From the NCBI GenBank assembly GCA_036338595.1, contig JAYZBV010000065.1, positions 1-64,000 of the forward strand: a DNA stretch of 64,000 bases, given 5' to 3'. Below, in pieces: positions 21,062 through 29,418 of the stretch. This stretch comes from Planctomycetota bacterium (lineage in GTDB: Bacteria; Planctomycetota; UBA8108; UBA1146). Under the pieces are notes generated by a model. That model saw nothing but the letters and a program-made list of their open reading frames with translations, did no database searches and was not told the DNA's origin. Each line of letters starts with the position of its first letter. Positions within the stretch are counted from its first letter, which is position 1. The position numbers and the translations under genes are program-made.

Positions 21062-22192
21062 TCAGTGGCCAACGCCGGTTGCGAGCAGGGCCAGCACCTG
21101 ACGAGCGGCCTCCTTGCTGGCGCCAGGACGAAATCGATCGGCTCGAAGCTGCTGTAATTGACCGACCAGATCGGCGCCATTGTCGTCGTCGAGTAAGGGT
21201 GCTGCTATTCGAGCGATGGCCTGCCCATCGCCAGGCTCGAACAGGATCTCGGGAACCAGCCGTTTTCCTGCAAACAAGTTCACCAGGGAAAAATACGGTG
21301 CGACTCCAAGCAGTTGATAGACGGAGCGCGAAAGCTCCGTCGCCGGATAGGCCACCACCATCGGAACGCCGTGCCACGCCGTTTCCAGCGTGGCCGTGCC
21401 AGAACACACGATGGCCAATCGTGCTTGCGCCTGCAATGCTCTCGCATCACCGACGTGTATCTTCACATCCGGCTCTCTGGCGATCAATTGCTCCACCTCG
21501 GGGAGCAACTTTTCACGCTGGCAGGAGACCCAGGTTTCCAGGGACGGGCTCTGCTGACGCAAGATACGAGCGGCCTCCAGCAAAGCCGGCAAGCCAGTGC
21601 GAACCTCCTGGCGACGACTCCCTGGTAGCAGCGCGAGAATCGGCGATCCGTCATGATCCTGCAATGGCGGTACCATCCCTGCGTCCTCGAGCGAGTCGAA
21701 GACGGGATTACCCACATGATGAACCTTCGAATGATATTCGCTGTAGATCTTCTCCTCGAAAGGAAGCACCACCAGCAGTTGATCTGCACAGGAGGCTATC
21801 CTGCGAATTCGCCAGGGTGCCCATGCCCAGACCTGAGGACAGATGTAGTAACTCACCGGGATGCCCAGACCTCGTGCGATCGTCGCCAGATGGTAGTGCA
21901 ATCCGGGATAATCCACGACGACCAGCTGGTCGGGAGGATCTTGCAGCATCTCTTCGACGAAATTTGCGGTGTGACGCAATATCGAGCCCATCTGCCCCAG
22001 CACCGGCAACCAACCCATGACGGCTCGATCCGCACGGTCGGCTCTCAATACCGCACCTGCAGCAGCGAGTCGCTCTCCACCCACAGCATCCACTTGCAGT
22101 TGAGGATCGAGTCGCAGGCATTCCTCGACCAGCCTGGCAGCATGGAGGTCACCAGAGGGTTCTCCGGCACAGACAAAGAGCCTTCCCGCCAT
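21062..22192 (-). CDS. lpxB: Lipid-A-disaccharide synthase
   Basis: AGEPSGDLH, VDYPG, YYICPQVWAW, LPFE, VGNP, LLPGSR..E, SGTATLE, PMVVAY. Confidence 0.95.
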   Translation of the reverse strand: MAGRLFVCAGEPSGDLHAARLVEECLRLDPQLQVDAVGGERLAAAGAVLRADRADRAVMGWLPVLGQMGSILRHTANFVEEMLQDPPDQLVVVDYPGLHYHLATIARGLGIPVSYYICPQVWAWAPWRIRRIASCADQLLVVLPFEEKIYSEYHSKVHHVGNPVFDSLEDAGMVPPLQDHDGSPILALLPGSRRQEVRTGLPALLEAARILRQQSPSLETWVSCQREKLLPEVEQLIAREPDVKIHVGDARALQAQARLAIVCSGTATLETAWHGVPMVVAYPATELSRSVYQLLGVAPYFSLVNLFAGKRLVPEILFEPGDGQAIARIAAPLLDDDNGADLVGQLQQLRADRFRPGASKEAARQVLALLATGVGH

Positions 22193-22193
22193 G

Positions 22194-22907
22194 TCAGTCG
22201 CTTCCAGACATTCGCCTGCGGCTCCACTCCATGAATCGCAGGGTAATGGCGCTGCTAAGCGGTTCATCGGGGATCAACTCGGGGTGCCACTGGACTCCGA
22301 CCACTCTTCCCGTCGGGTCACAGGCTGCTTCGATGATTCCATCGTCAGCGGTAGCCAGGCCCATCCAGTCGGGGGGTAGTATTGATATCGCCTGGTGATG
22401 ACTGGAATTGATGGAGAAGCGACCCGCCTCCGGTCCAGCATCCAGTTCACCAGTCCAGGTGACATCGTGCGTGAGGAACTCACCGATCGCTTCCTCCGGT
22501 CGGTGCTTCAGCACGGATCCGGTCTGCTGCACGATATCTCCATGGATGCTGCCCCCGGCGACGACCGCCAGCACTTGAAATCCGCCACAGATGCCCAGAC
22601 ACGGCAACTCGCTGCCCAGAAGGAACCGAGCCCACTCGATGTCTGCATCTTCACGATCCGGATGCACGGGAATATATCTCTCGGGTGGTGTCGAACCATC
22701 CGCAAGTCCACACCTGTAATCATCCCCACCGATCAGTACCATCCCGTCCAGGATTTCAACCACCTCGGATGGGGGTACATCTGGAGGAATGATCAGTGGC
22801 ACACCGCCGAACTGAATCACCAGTTCGTGGTACGCTGACCAGACCCTCGATCGGGTCCGATTCGTTTCCTCGATGTCGCAGTTGAGTCCAATTCGTGGTT
22901 TCATCAT
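22194..22907 (-). CDS. Peptidase C26 / gamma-glutamyl hydrolase (PuuD-like class I glutamine amidotransferase)
   Basis: KPRIG, GGVPLIIP, GGDD, LGICGGFQ (catalytic Cys), NSSHHQAI, GVQWHPE (His-Glu). Confidence 0.9.
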   Translation of the reverse strand: MMKPRIGLNCDIEETNRTRSRVWSAYHELVIQFGGVPLIIPPDVPPSEVVEILDGMVLIGGDDYRCGLADGSTPPERYIPVHPDREDADIEWARFLLGSELPCLGICGGFQVLAVVAGGSIHGDIVQQTGSVLKHRPEEAIGEFLTHDVTWTGELDAGPEAGRFSINSSHHQAISILPPDWMGLATADDGIIEAACDPTGRVVGVQWHPELIPDEPLSSAITLRFMEWSRRRMSGSD

Positions 22908-22923
22908 TCCTCGCTCGCCTCCG

Positions 22924-24249
22924 ATGGTTGACGAACGCTACGCCCGCGTCAACGACAGAAGGGTACGATTGCCAAAGTCAGGACAAATCCCGCTGCCACC
23001 GCAAAGATTACGAGATCTTGATTCCTGGCTGGGCTGCTTCACCAACTGGGAGAGGCAGGCACCCCTGGCCGGTGATCGGCGATCTCTCGGGCCAGCCAGA
23101 TGCCGCGCTCTGCTCGATCGAGCCGGGATACCGACGCCGTCGGGACCGGTGGTCCAGGTCGCAGGAACCAAGGGCAAGGGATCTACCGTGCTGTGGATGG
23201 AATCCCTGCTGAGGGTGCGAGCAGAGCCCTGTGCAGCCACGGTTTCACCGCATCTGGAATCGATCACCGAGCGGATCAGGATCGATGGCAGGGAGTTGTC
23301 AGAGGCGGCGATCATGGAGGGATTGCGAAGGCTCCACCCTCATCTGACCGATGAGAAGAGTCCCGATGCTCATGCTCCCACCTTTTTTGACCTGTGGATC
23401 GCACTCTTCATCGAGAGAACCCACCAGGCGGGAAAGCGCTGGTTATTGGTCGAGGTAGGTCTCGGTGGTCCCCTCGATTCTACATGTGCCATCGGGCACG
23501 ATGTCGGGGTACTGACGACAGTCGATCTCGATCACCAGGCGATCCTCGGAGAAAGCACGCAGGAGATCACACGGGAAAAGAGCCGCATCGCCAGCGCAGG
23601 AAAACCATTCATCATCGCAGATGGAGCCGATGCAGAACTTGCAGTTCAGACTGCGGAGAGTCATGGCGCAATTCCTGAGGTCATCCGCGATGACGATCGC
23701 CTGCCAGCCACGGTTGTGGCCCCTCAGCGGCTCAATGCCGCGGTTGGACTTGCGGCCCTTGAGAGTGTGCACGGGGTCAAACCCTGGAGCGTCGATGAGA
23801 TCAGGATGGCGATCGAACTCATCCAACTTCCAGGTCGTCTCGAACTGCTCTCATCCCCTCATCCATTGCTCCTCGATGGAGCTCATACGCCCCTCTCGCT
23901 GGATGCCTTTGTCGATTGTTTTCAGTCCCACTGCGGTTCAGAACCCGGGGCATTGCTGTTGGGAATGATGCATGACAAGGATGCGTCCTCGAGCCTGGCT
24001 CCACTGACGAAACTGGAGCCACCGCCGAACATCGCCTCCGTCACGGTTCCCTCTGCACGAGGACTCCCCGCTTCGCAGCTTGCGGAGGTCATCGATGGCC
24101 TGGGGCTCGATTGCATCGCCCTGGATGAGCCAGAACAGGGACTCGCCTGGATCAAGGAAAAAGCCGCTACCGGGGTCCCGGCAGCGGCCACTGGTTCGAT
24201 GCAATTGGCCGGCTGGATTCGCCGGCACTGGTGCGAACAACTGCACTAG
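22924..24249 (+). CDS. folC: Folylpolyglutamate/dihydrofolate synthase
   Basis: VAGTKGKGST, SPHL..ITERIRI, EVGLGG.LDST, DLDH..ILG, PGRLE, LLDGAH. Start uncertain (ATG 22924 or TTG 22969). Confidence 0.88.
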   Translation: MVDERYARVNDRRVRLPKSGQIPLPPQRLRDLDSWLGCFTNWERQAPLAGDRRSLGPARCRALLDRAGIPTPSGPVVQVAGTKGKGSTVLWMESLLRVRAEPCAATVSPHLESITERIRIDGRELSEAAIMEGLRRLHPHLTDEKSPDAHAPTFFDLWIALFIERTHQAGKRWLLVEVGLGGPLDSTCAIGHDVGVLTTVDLDHQAILGESTQEITREKSRIASAGKPFIIADGADAELAVQTAESHGAIPEVIRDDDRLPATVVAPQRLNAAVGLAALESVHGVKPWSVDEIRMAIELIQLPGRLELLSSPHPLLLDGAHTPLSLDAFVDCFQSHCGSEPGALLLGMMHDKDASSSLAPLTKLEPPPNIASVTVPSARGLPASQLAEVIDGLGLDCIALDEPEQGLAWIKEKAATGVPAAATGSMQLAGWIRRHWCEQLH

Positions 24250-26741
24250 GGTGAAGTTGTTGGAGCGTCCTCCTCCTTGGGGCTATCGGTGGGAATCTTC
24301 TGGAAGTGTACCTCACCGTCAATCACTTCCATGCGGATGCGAGAGCCTTCAGGGAAGTATCCGCGAAGGAGTTGTTCCGCGAGCGTATCCTCAACATGTT
24401 GCTGGATCGATCTCCGCAACGGACGAGCTCCGAAGTCCGGGTTGTAGCCCTTTTCGATCAGGAATTCTGTCGCATCTTCCGTGACTTCAAGTTCGACCCC
24501 TCGCTCCCGAAGTCTACCCAGAACCTGCGCCATCTCGATCTTGATGATCTCTTCGAGATCCTTCCTATCGAGGGGCTGAAAGAAAATGGGGTCGTCAATA
24601 CGGTTGAGGAATTCGGGTCGGAAAAACTTTTCAACCTCGTCCATCACTTCTTTGCGCTTCTGGTCCGTGTCTCGGCCTTCACCAGTGTTACGAAATCCGA
24701 GAGCGCTTTGATTTTTTATCAGATCCGCACCGATGTTCGATGTCATGATGAGAACGACATTACGGAAGTCGATAACCCTGCCAAATGAATCCGTAACATG
24801 CCCTTCCTCCATCACCTGGAGCAGCATGTTGAACACATCGGAATGCGCCTTTTCTACTTCATCGAGCAGCACCACGGCATACGGGCGCCGACGGATCTTT
24901 TCCGTCAACTGGCCACCCTCCTCGTATCCGACATATCCAGGAGGAGCCCCTACCAGTCGCGAAACATTATGTTTCTCCATGAACTCCGACATATCGATCT
25001 GTATCAGTGAGTCCTCTTCGCCGAACAGGAACTTTGCCAGACTTTTTGCCAGCAAGGTCTTGCCAACCCCCGTGGGACCCAGGAACAGGAATGAGCCGAC
25101 CGGGCGACGAGGATCCTTGAGCCCGCTGCGGCTCCTGCGAACTGCACGTGAGATTCGCTCGATGGCGTCGTCTTGCGAGACCACTGACTTGTGTAGTTCA
25201 TCCTCCATCAACAGAAGGCGTTCCGCCTCGCCACTGTCGATTCGCGTCAACGGGATCCCGGTCATCCTCGCCACAGTCTCGGCAATGACTTCCTCATCGA
25301 CACAGCCACTCACATCGTCTGCATGATCCCTCCAGGTCTTGAGGTCTTCATCACGTTTCTTCTTGAGCCGGCTCGCCTTATCTCGCAGATTTGCTGCGAG
25401 TTCGAAGTTCTGCTGAGCAACTGAAGCTTCTTTCTCTCGATCGAGTTCTTCGATCTCCTTCTCCAGTTCCTTGAGATCAGGGGGACGAGTGGATTGCTTG
25501 AGACGGATCCTCGACCCGGCCTCATCGATCACATCGATGGCCTTGTCGGGAAGGAACCTGCCGTTGATGTATCGAATCGCCATATCCACGGCGGATTCGA
25601 GAGCCTCATCGGTATAGCGTACACGGTGGTGCGCCTCGTACTTGTCGCGTAGCCCCTTGAGGATTTCCACAGACTGATCTCGGCTGGGCGGATTGACCAG
25701 GATGCTCTGAAAGCGCCGTTCCAGTGCTCCATCCTTCTCGATGTGCTTTCGATACTCGTCGAGCGTGGTCGCACCGATGCACTGGATTTCGCCCCTGGAA
25801 AGCGCTGGCTTGAGCACGTTCGAGGCATCGATGGCACCCTCGGCACCACCTGCCCCCACCAGAGTGTGCAGTTCATCGATGAAGAGGATCACATTTTTCA
25901 CTCGACTGACTTCCGTCATCACCGCCTTGATGCGCTCCTCGAACTGGCCTCGGTACTTGGTTCCCGCCACCATCAGTGCCAGGTCCAGCACGACGATTCT
26001 CTGGTTTCGCAGGATCTCTGGCACTTCGCCTGAAATGATCTCCTGTGCAAGCCCCTCGACAATGGCGCTCTTGCCGACCCCCGGCTCACCGAGGAGCACA
26101 GGGTTATTCTTGGTCCGACGAGCCAGCACCTGCATCACTCTCTCGATCTCTTCCTCGCGACCGATCACCGGATCGAGTGCCCCCGATCTGGCCATCTCCG
26201 CAAGATCACGCCCGAACGAATCCAGTGCTGGAGTCTTGGAGCTTCTGCTTTTCTGGCCGAGGGACTTTGACTCCTGGTCGAACTCCATCTCGACTTCTCC
26301 CGGATCGGCACCGAGGATCTCCAGGACTTCTGTTCGAACTTCTTCAAGAACCAGTCCAAGTTCCTTCAGAACAGAAGCCGCAAGGCCTTGCTCTTCACGG
26401 ATCAACCCGAGCAGCAGGTGTTCCGTTCCGATGTAATTGTGGCGCAACTCCTTGGCTGCCTCCTGGCACAACTCAAGGACTCGCTTCGCCCGCGGCGTGA
26501 AGGGAAGTTGAGTCATCTGGTGCATCGCGTGGCCACTTTGCACCTGTTTCTCAATTTCTGCTCGAATCTTGCCAGAATCCACATCGAGATTCTTGAGCAC
26601 AGTGGCAGCGACTCCGCTCCCTTCCTGAACGAGTCCAAGAAGGACGTGCTCGGTTCCGATGAAATCATGGTTGAAGCGCTGTGCCTCCTTGCGGGCCAGT
26701 GCCATCACTTTTCGAGCTCTGTCAGTAAACTTGTCGAACAT
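24246..26741 (-). CDS. clpC: ATP-dependent Clp protease ATP-binding subunit ClpC
   Basis: MFDKFTDRARKV, two Clp-N repeats, GEPGVGKS, UVR-type M domain, GPTGVGKT, GAPPGYVGY, GARPLRR. Confidence 0.97.
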   Translation of the reverse strand: MFDKFTDRARKVMALARKEAQRFNHDFIGTEHVLLGLVQEGSGVAATVLKNLDVDSGKIRAEIEKQVQSGHAMHQMTQLPFTPRAKRVLELCQEAAKELRHNYIGTEHLLLGLIREEQGLAASVLKELGLVLEEVRTEVLEILGADPGEVEMEFDQESKSLGQKSRSSKTPALDSFGRDLAEMARSGALDPVIGREEEIERVMQVLARRTKNNPVLLGEPGVGKSAIVEGLAQEIISGEVPEILRNQRIVVLDLALMVAGTKYRGQFEERIKAVMTEVSRVKNVILFIDELHTLVGAGGAEGAIDASNVLKPALSRGEIQCIGATTLDEYRKHIEKDGALERRFQSILVNPPSRDQSVEILKGLRDKYEAHHRVRYTDEALESAVDMAIRYINGRFLPDKAIDVIDEAGSRIRLKQSTRPPDLKELEKEIEELDREKEASVAQQNFELAANLRDKASRLKKKRDEDLKTWRDHADDVSGCVDEEVIAETVARMTGIPLTRIDSGEAERLLLMEDELHKSVVSQDDAIERISRAVRRSRSGLKDPRRPVGSFLFLGPTGVGKTLLAKSLAKFLFGEEDSLIQIDMSEFMEKHNVSRLVGAPPGYVGYEEGGQLTEKIRRRPYAVVLLDEVEKAHSDVFNMLLQVMEEGHVTDSFGRVIDFRNVVLIMTSNIGADLIKNQSALGFRNTGEGRDTDQKRKEVMDEVEKFFRPEFLNRIDDPIFFQPLDRKDLEEIIKIEMAQVLGRLRERGVELEVTEDATEFLIEKGYNPDFGARPLRRSIQQHVEDTLAEQLLRGYFPEGSRIRMEVIDGEVHFQKIPTDSPKEEDAPTTSP

Positions 26742-26935
26742 CGGGTTCCATCCTCAATTTCCAAGGGAGCGGTTGGCTCCCTCACTCACCTCTGTCACTC
26801 GTCTACTCCGCCTGGAAAGCCACTGAATCAAACGGTGGTTCATTGACTAGACGCTTTCTCCGCCGATTGAGTTCCCCGGGGGGATCTCGATCTTCAGTGC
26901 CGCCGGAGCGGCTGGCCTCTCGATACGGCAGTGAC

Positions 26936-26966
26936 ATCCTACCCCGACACCCCGACCCCTGGTCAA
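26936..26966 (-). promoter_or_regulatory. Putative sigma70-type promoter for clpC
   Basis: Minus strand TTGACC-N19-TAGGAT in the mcsB-clpC gap; the spacer is longer than ideal. Confidence 0.4.
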
Positions 26967-26979
26967 GTCGATCCGGGTG

Positions 26980-28035
26980 CTAGTTGTTTTCCCTCAGGAT
27001 CCGCCTGAGCACCGATGCTCGCAGCATATCGCGCTCATCCGGGGGTAATTCCTGACCTTCCTTCGCCTGCAAATGGCCTGGTTGTGTGAACAGAAACATC
27101 CTGTTGACCTGCTCCAGCGTCAATTTCCCGAGCAACCCGAGGCAAACCCCCAGACGTACAAGAGAGAGTTGCTCGAGCGCCTCCTGGCTTTGGATGACCT
27201 TCGCGTGGGAAAGGAGACCGAATGCCCTCCCGATCTTGTCCTCGATCCGTTCTCGTTTTCGCTCCAGCAATCCTGCCCGAAGTTTTCGTTCGTAGTTGAG
27301 GATATTGGGAAGAACAGATGAGATCCGCTTGAGGATCTTCTCTTCAGACAGGCCCAACGTACGCTGATTAGAGATCTGGAAGAAATCTCCCTGCGCCTCG
27401 GTCCCCTCTCCGAATAGCCCTCTGACTGCCAGATGCATCCGGGTAGCAGCACGGGTCACTTCCTCGATCTGACCCGTGATCACCATCGCCGGCAGGTGCA
27501 GCATCACCGATGCCCGCATTCCTGTTCCGGTGTTGGTCGGACAGGCTGTGAGATAGCCGTACTGCTGGTCAAAAGCGAACTGAAGTTCTCCATCGAGAGC
27601 CTTCTCCAGCTCGTCCATCTCCTGCCACGCCTCCTCGAGCCGATACCCTGACTTCACGACCTGGATGCGAAGATGGTCCTCTTCATTCCCCATCAGGGAG
27701 ATGGCCTCACTCTCGTCGAAGGCGACCACTCTCGGCCCACTCCCGAGTGCCAGTTCTCGACTCACCAGATGGCGCTCTACAAGAACCATCCGCTCGATCT
27801 GGTCCATCTCTTCGAGGTGCTTCGTGGTCAGGGTCAGTCCGGGTCGAAGCTTGTCGATGGCATCCTGAATTCGATCCGCAACCTTGGCCCGTTGAAGATC
27901 CTCTGCAAGGGTGCCAAATGGCAGGTCGGTAAGGTTCCTCGCCAATCTCACCCTGCTGGAGATGACGAGATCGGAATCGAGGCCTTCACCTCGTAGCCAC
28001 TCGCCAACAAAGGGATCAGAATTGCCAAAAATCAT
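26980..28035 (-). CDS. mcsB: Protein-arginine kinase McsB
   Basis: ISSRVRLARNL, LVERHLVS, NEEDHLRIQ, GYLTACPTNTGTGMRASVMLHLP, QISNQ.TLG, QPGHLQ. Confidence 0.96.
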   Translation of the reverse strand: MIFGNSDPFVGEWLRGEGLDSDLVISSRVRLARNLTDLPFGTLAEDLQRAKVADRIQDAIDKLRPGLTLTTKHLEEMDQIERMVLVERHLVSRELALGSGPRVVAFDESEAISLMGNEEDHLRIQVVKSGYRLEEAWQEMDELEKALDGELQFAFDQQYGYLTACPTNTGTGMRASVMLHLPAMVITGQIEEVTRAATRMHLAVRGLFGEGTEAQGDFFQISNQRTLGLSEEKILKRISSVLPNILNYERKLRAGLLERKRERIEDKIGRAFGLLSHAKVIQSQEALEQLSLVRLGVCLGLLGKLTLEQVNRMFLFTQPGHLQAKEGQELPPDERDMLRASVLRRILRENN

Positions 28036-28538
28036 CGCTGGCTCTCCAGGTTTTGCATCTGATCTCGAATCGCCGCAGCCTTTTCATATTGTTCGTCGGA
28101 GACCGCCTTGGAAAGATCTTCACGCAGTTGAGTCAATCGCGCCTGGCGAGAAACCTGTTCCCTGAATCTACCTGGAGATCTTCCTAGATGCTGACTCGAC
28201 GCATGGATCTTTTCCAGCAACTCATCGAGCTCGCTTCGGAAACACTGGTAGTCGTGAGAGCAACCGAACTTTCCTTCCTTGCGGAAGAGTGAGTAACTCA
28301 TCCCGCACTGTGTACACACCTTGTCCGCCGTGTCTCCACCATCAGCCCCCGTCAATGTGTCCGGATCGGAATAGAAATCAGGAAGAGTGAACTGCTTTTG
28401 CTTCTTCAACTGTGCCTGAATCGAGACGCCATGAATCCCGGCGCACTCCTTGCACAGGCGATACTCCTTCTTGGTGTTATTGACGATGTCGGTCAGGTGC
28501 ACGACAGCCTTGTTTTTCTGACAGTTCTCACAGAGCAT
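28032..28538 (-). CDS. mcsA: McsA activator (CxxC motifs plus UVR domain)
   Basis: MLCENC, CKEC, CTQC, FGCSHDY, E.YEKAAAIRD; ATGA overlap with mcsB. Confidence 0.93.
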   Translation of the reverse strand: MLCENCQKNKAVVHLTDIVNNTKKEYRLCKECAGIHGVSIQAQLKKQKQFTLPDFYSDPDTLTGADGGDTADKVCTQCGMSYSLFRKEGKFGCSHDYQCFRSELDELLEKIHASSQHLGRSPGRFREQVSRQARLTQLREDLSKAVSDEQYEKAAAIRDQMQNLESQR

Positions 28539-28658
28539 TGTCGGCTCGGCTCCTTCCCCGGAAAAAATTGGCAGGGACCATCCCCCTGTTCCTATCATCG
28601 ACAGTTCCGCAGCCTCGCTCCACCCCTCTTGAGATAGAATATATGCGAGTCGCACACG

Positions 28659-28967
28659 TCATCGTCCCCCCTGGCCGGTCTCACGGGACTCTTCATCCAG
28701 GAACACCTGCTGACCCTGGTCCGGGAAATCGGTCTGGCTCAGCGCCGACCGAGTTCCACTGGACCCTGCATCCAGACAACGCCAGTAGCGCGATTCTGGA
28801 TCCCTCATCGAGCAGGAGTCATCCTCCAGATGCGCCATATGGTCTCGAAGAGGCGAATCCAGCACCCCCAGGCTATTCTCCTGCGGCTGGAGGAGGCTCA
28901 ATTCCCGATGAGTTTCCGTTCCAGGGTTCCAACCTCTTTGAGAGCCAGCAGTTCCAACTTTCATCAC
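28659..28967 (-). CDS. Possible small orphan protein upstream of mcsA
   Basis: 102-codon ORF with genome-like codons (CTG/GAG/GAT/CAG) in its 3' part; no recognisable motif. Confidence 0.3.
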   Translation of the reverse strand: MMKVGTAGSQRGWNPGTETHRELSLLQPQENSLGVLDSPLRDHMAHLEDDSCSMRDPESRYWRCLDAGSSGTRSALSQTDFPDQGQQVFLDEESRETGQGGR

Positions 28968-28980
28968 GATTCCGGACCAG

Positions 28981-29009
28981 TTGACAGTGCCGGGCAGTTA
29001 TCCTAGGAT
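28981..29009 (+). promoter_or_regulatory. Sigma70-type promoter for the nusA operon
   Basis: TTGACA (28981-86), 17-nt spacer, TAGGAT (29004-09). Confidence 0.75.
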
Positions 29010-29015
29010 TCTTGC

Positions 29016-29415
29016 TTCCGTCCCGGATCACCGGGGAGGAGCACGGATCCGGCATCCTGCGGGTTCTCGCCCCTTCCCCTACGGGGCAACAGCGGCAACT
29101 CCAAATTCCTGGTCCTCGGACCAGGAGCGGGCCTTGTTCGGCCCAGGTGGAGGGTCGTGCCGATGCCTGCACTCACGCTGGCTCGTGCCGGCCCCATCCC
29201 ATCGCCGAACTTCTCCCGCGAGAAACTGCTGTGCCGCGTTCTGATGGGATCTGTTCGGATCCGACCTGGAGCGGTCTGTGACGACCAGCACGCTGGTCTG
29301 TCCGTACCCTGAAACCGGTACGGAGGTGCGATGAGCATGCCCGGATCTCGACCAGAGAGGTTTGAGCCTGTTCGCCTGGTGCCTCGATCCGGTGAACTGA
29401 GTCCTGGAGAAGGAG
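29016..29415 (+). ncRNA. Candidate structured 5' leader or ncRNA upstream of nusA
   Basis: About ten nested or serial inverted repeats between the promoter and the nusA RBS; no credible ORF; no known family recognised. Confidence 0.45.
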
Positions 29416-29418
29416 TTG

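Noticed and set aside
28981..29415. RNase P RNA, tmRNA or a rimP pseudogene in the nusA upstream region
   Set aside because: No GAGGAAAGTCC motif, no tRNA-like ends with CCA, and no RimP motif (LEVSSPG) in the plus-strand ORFs listed.
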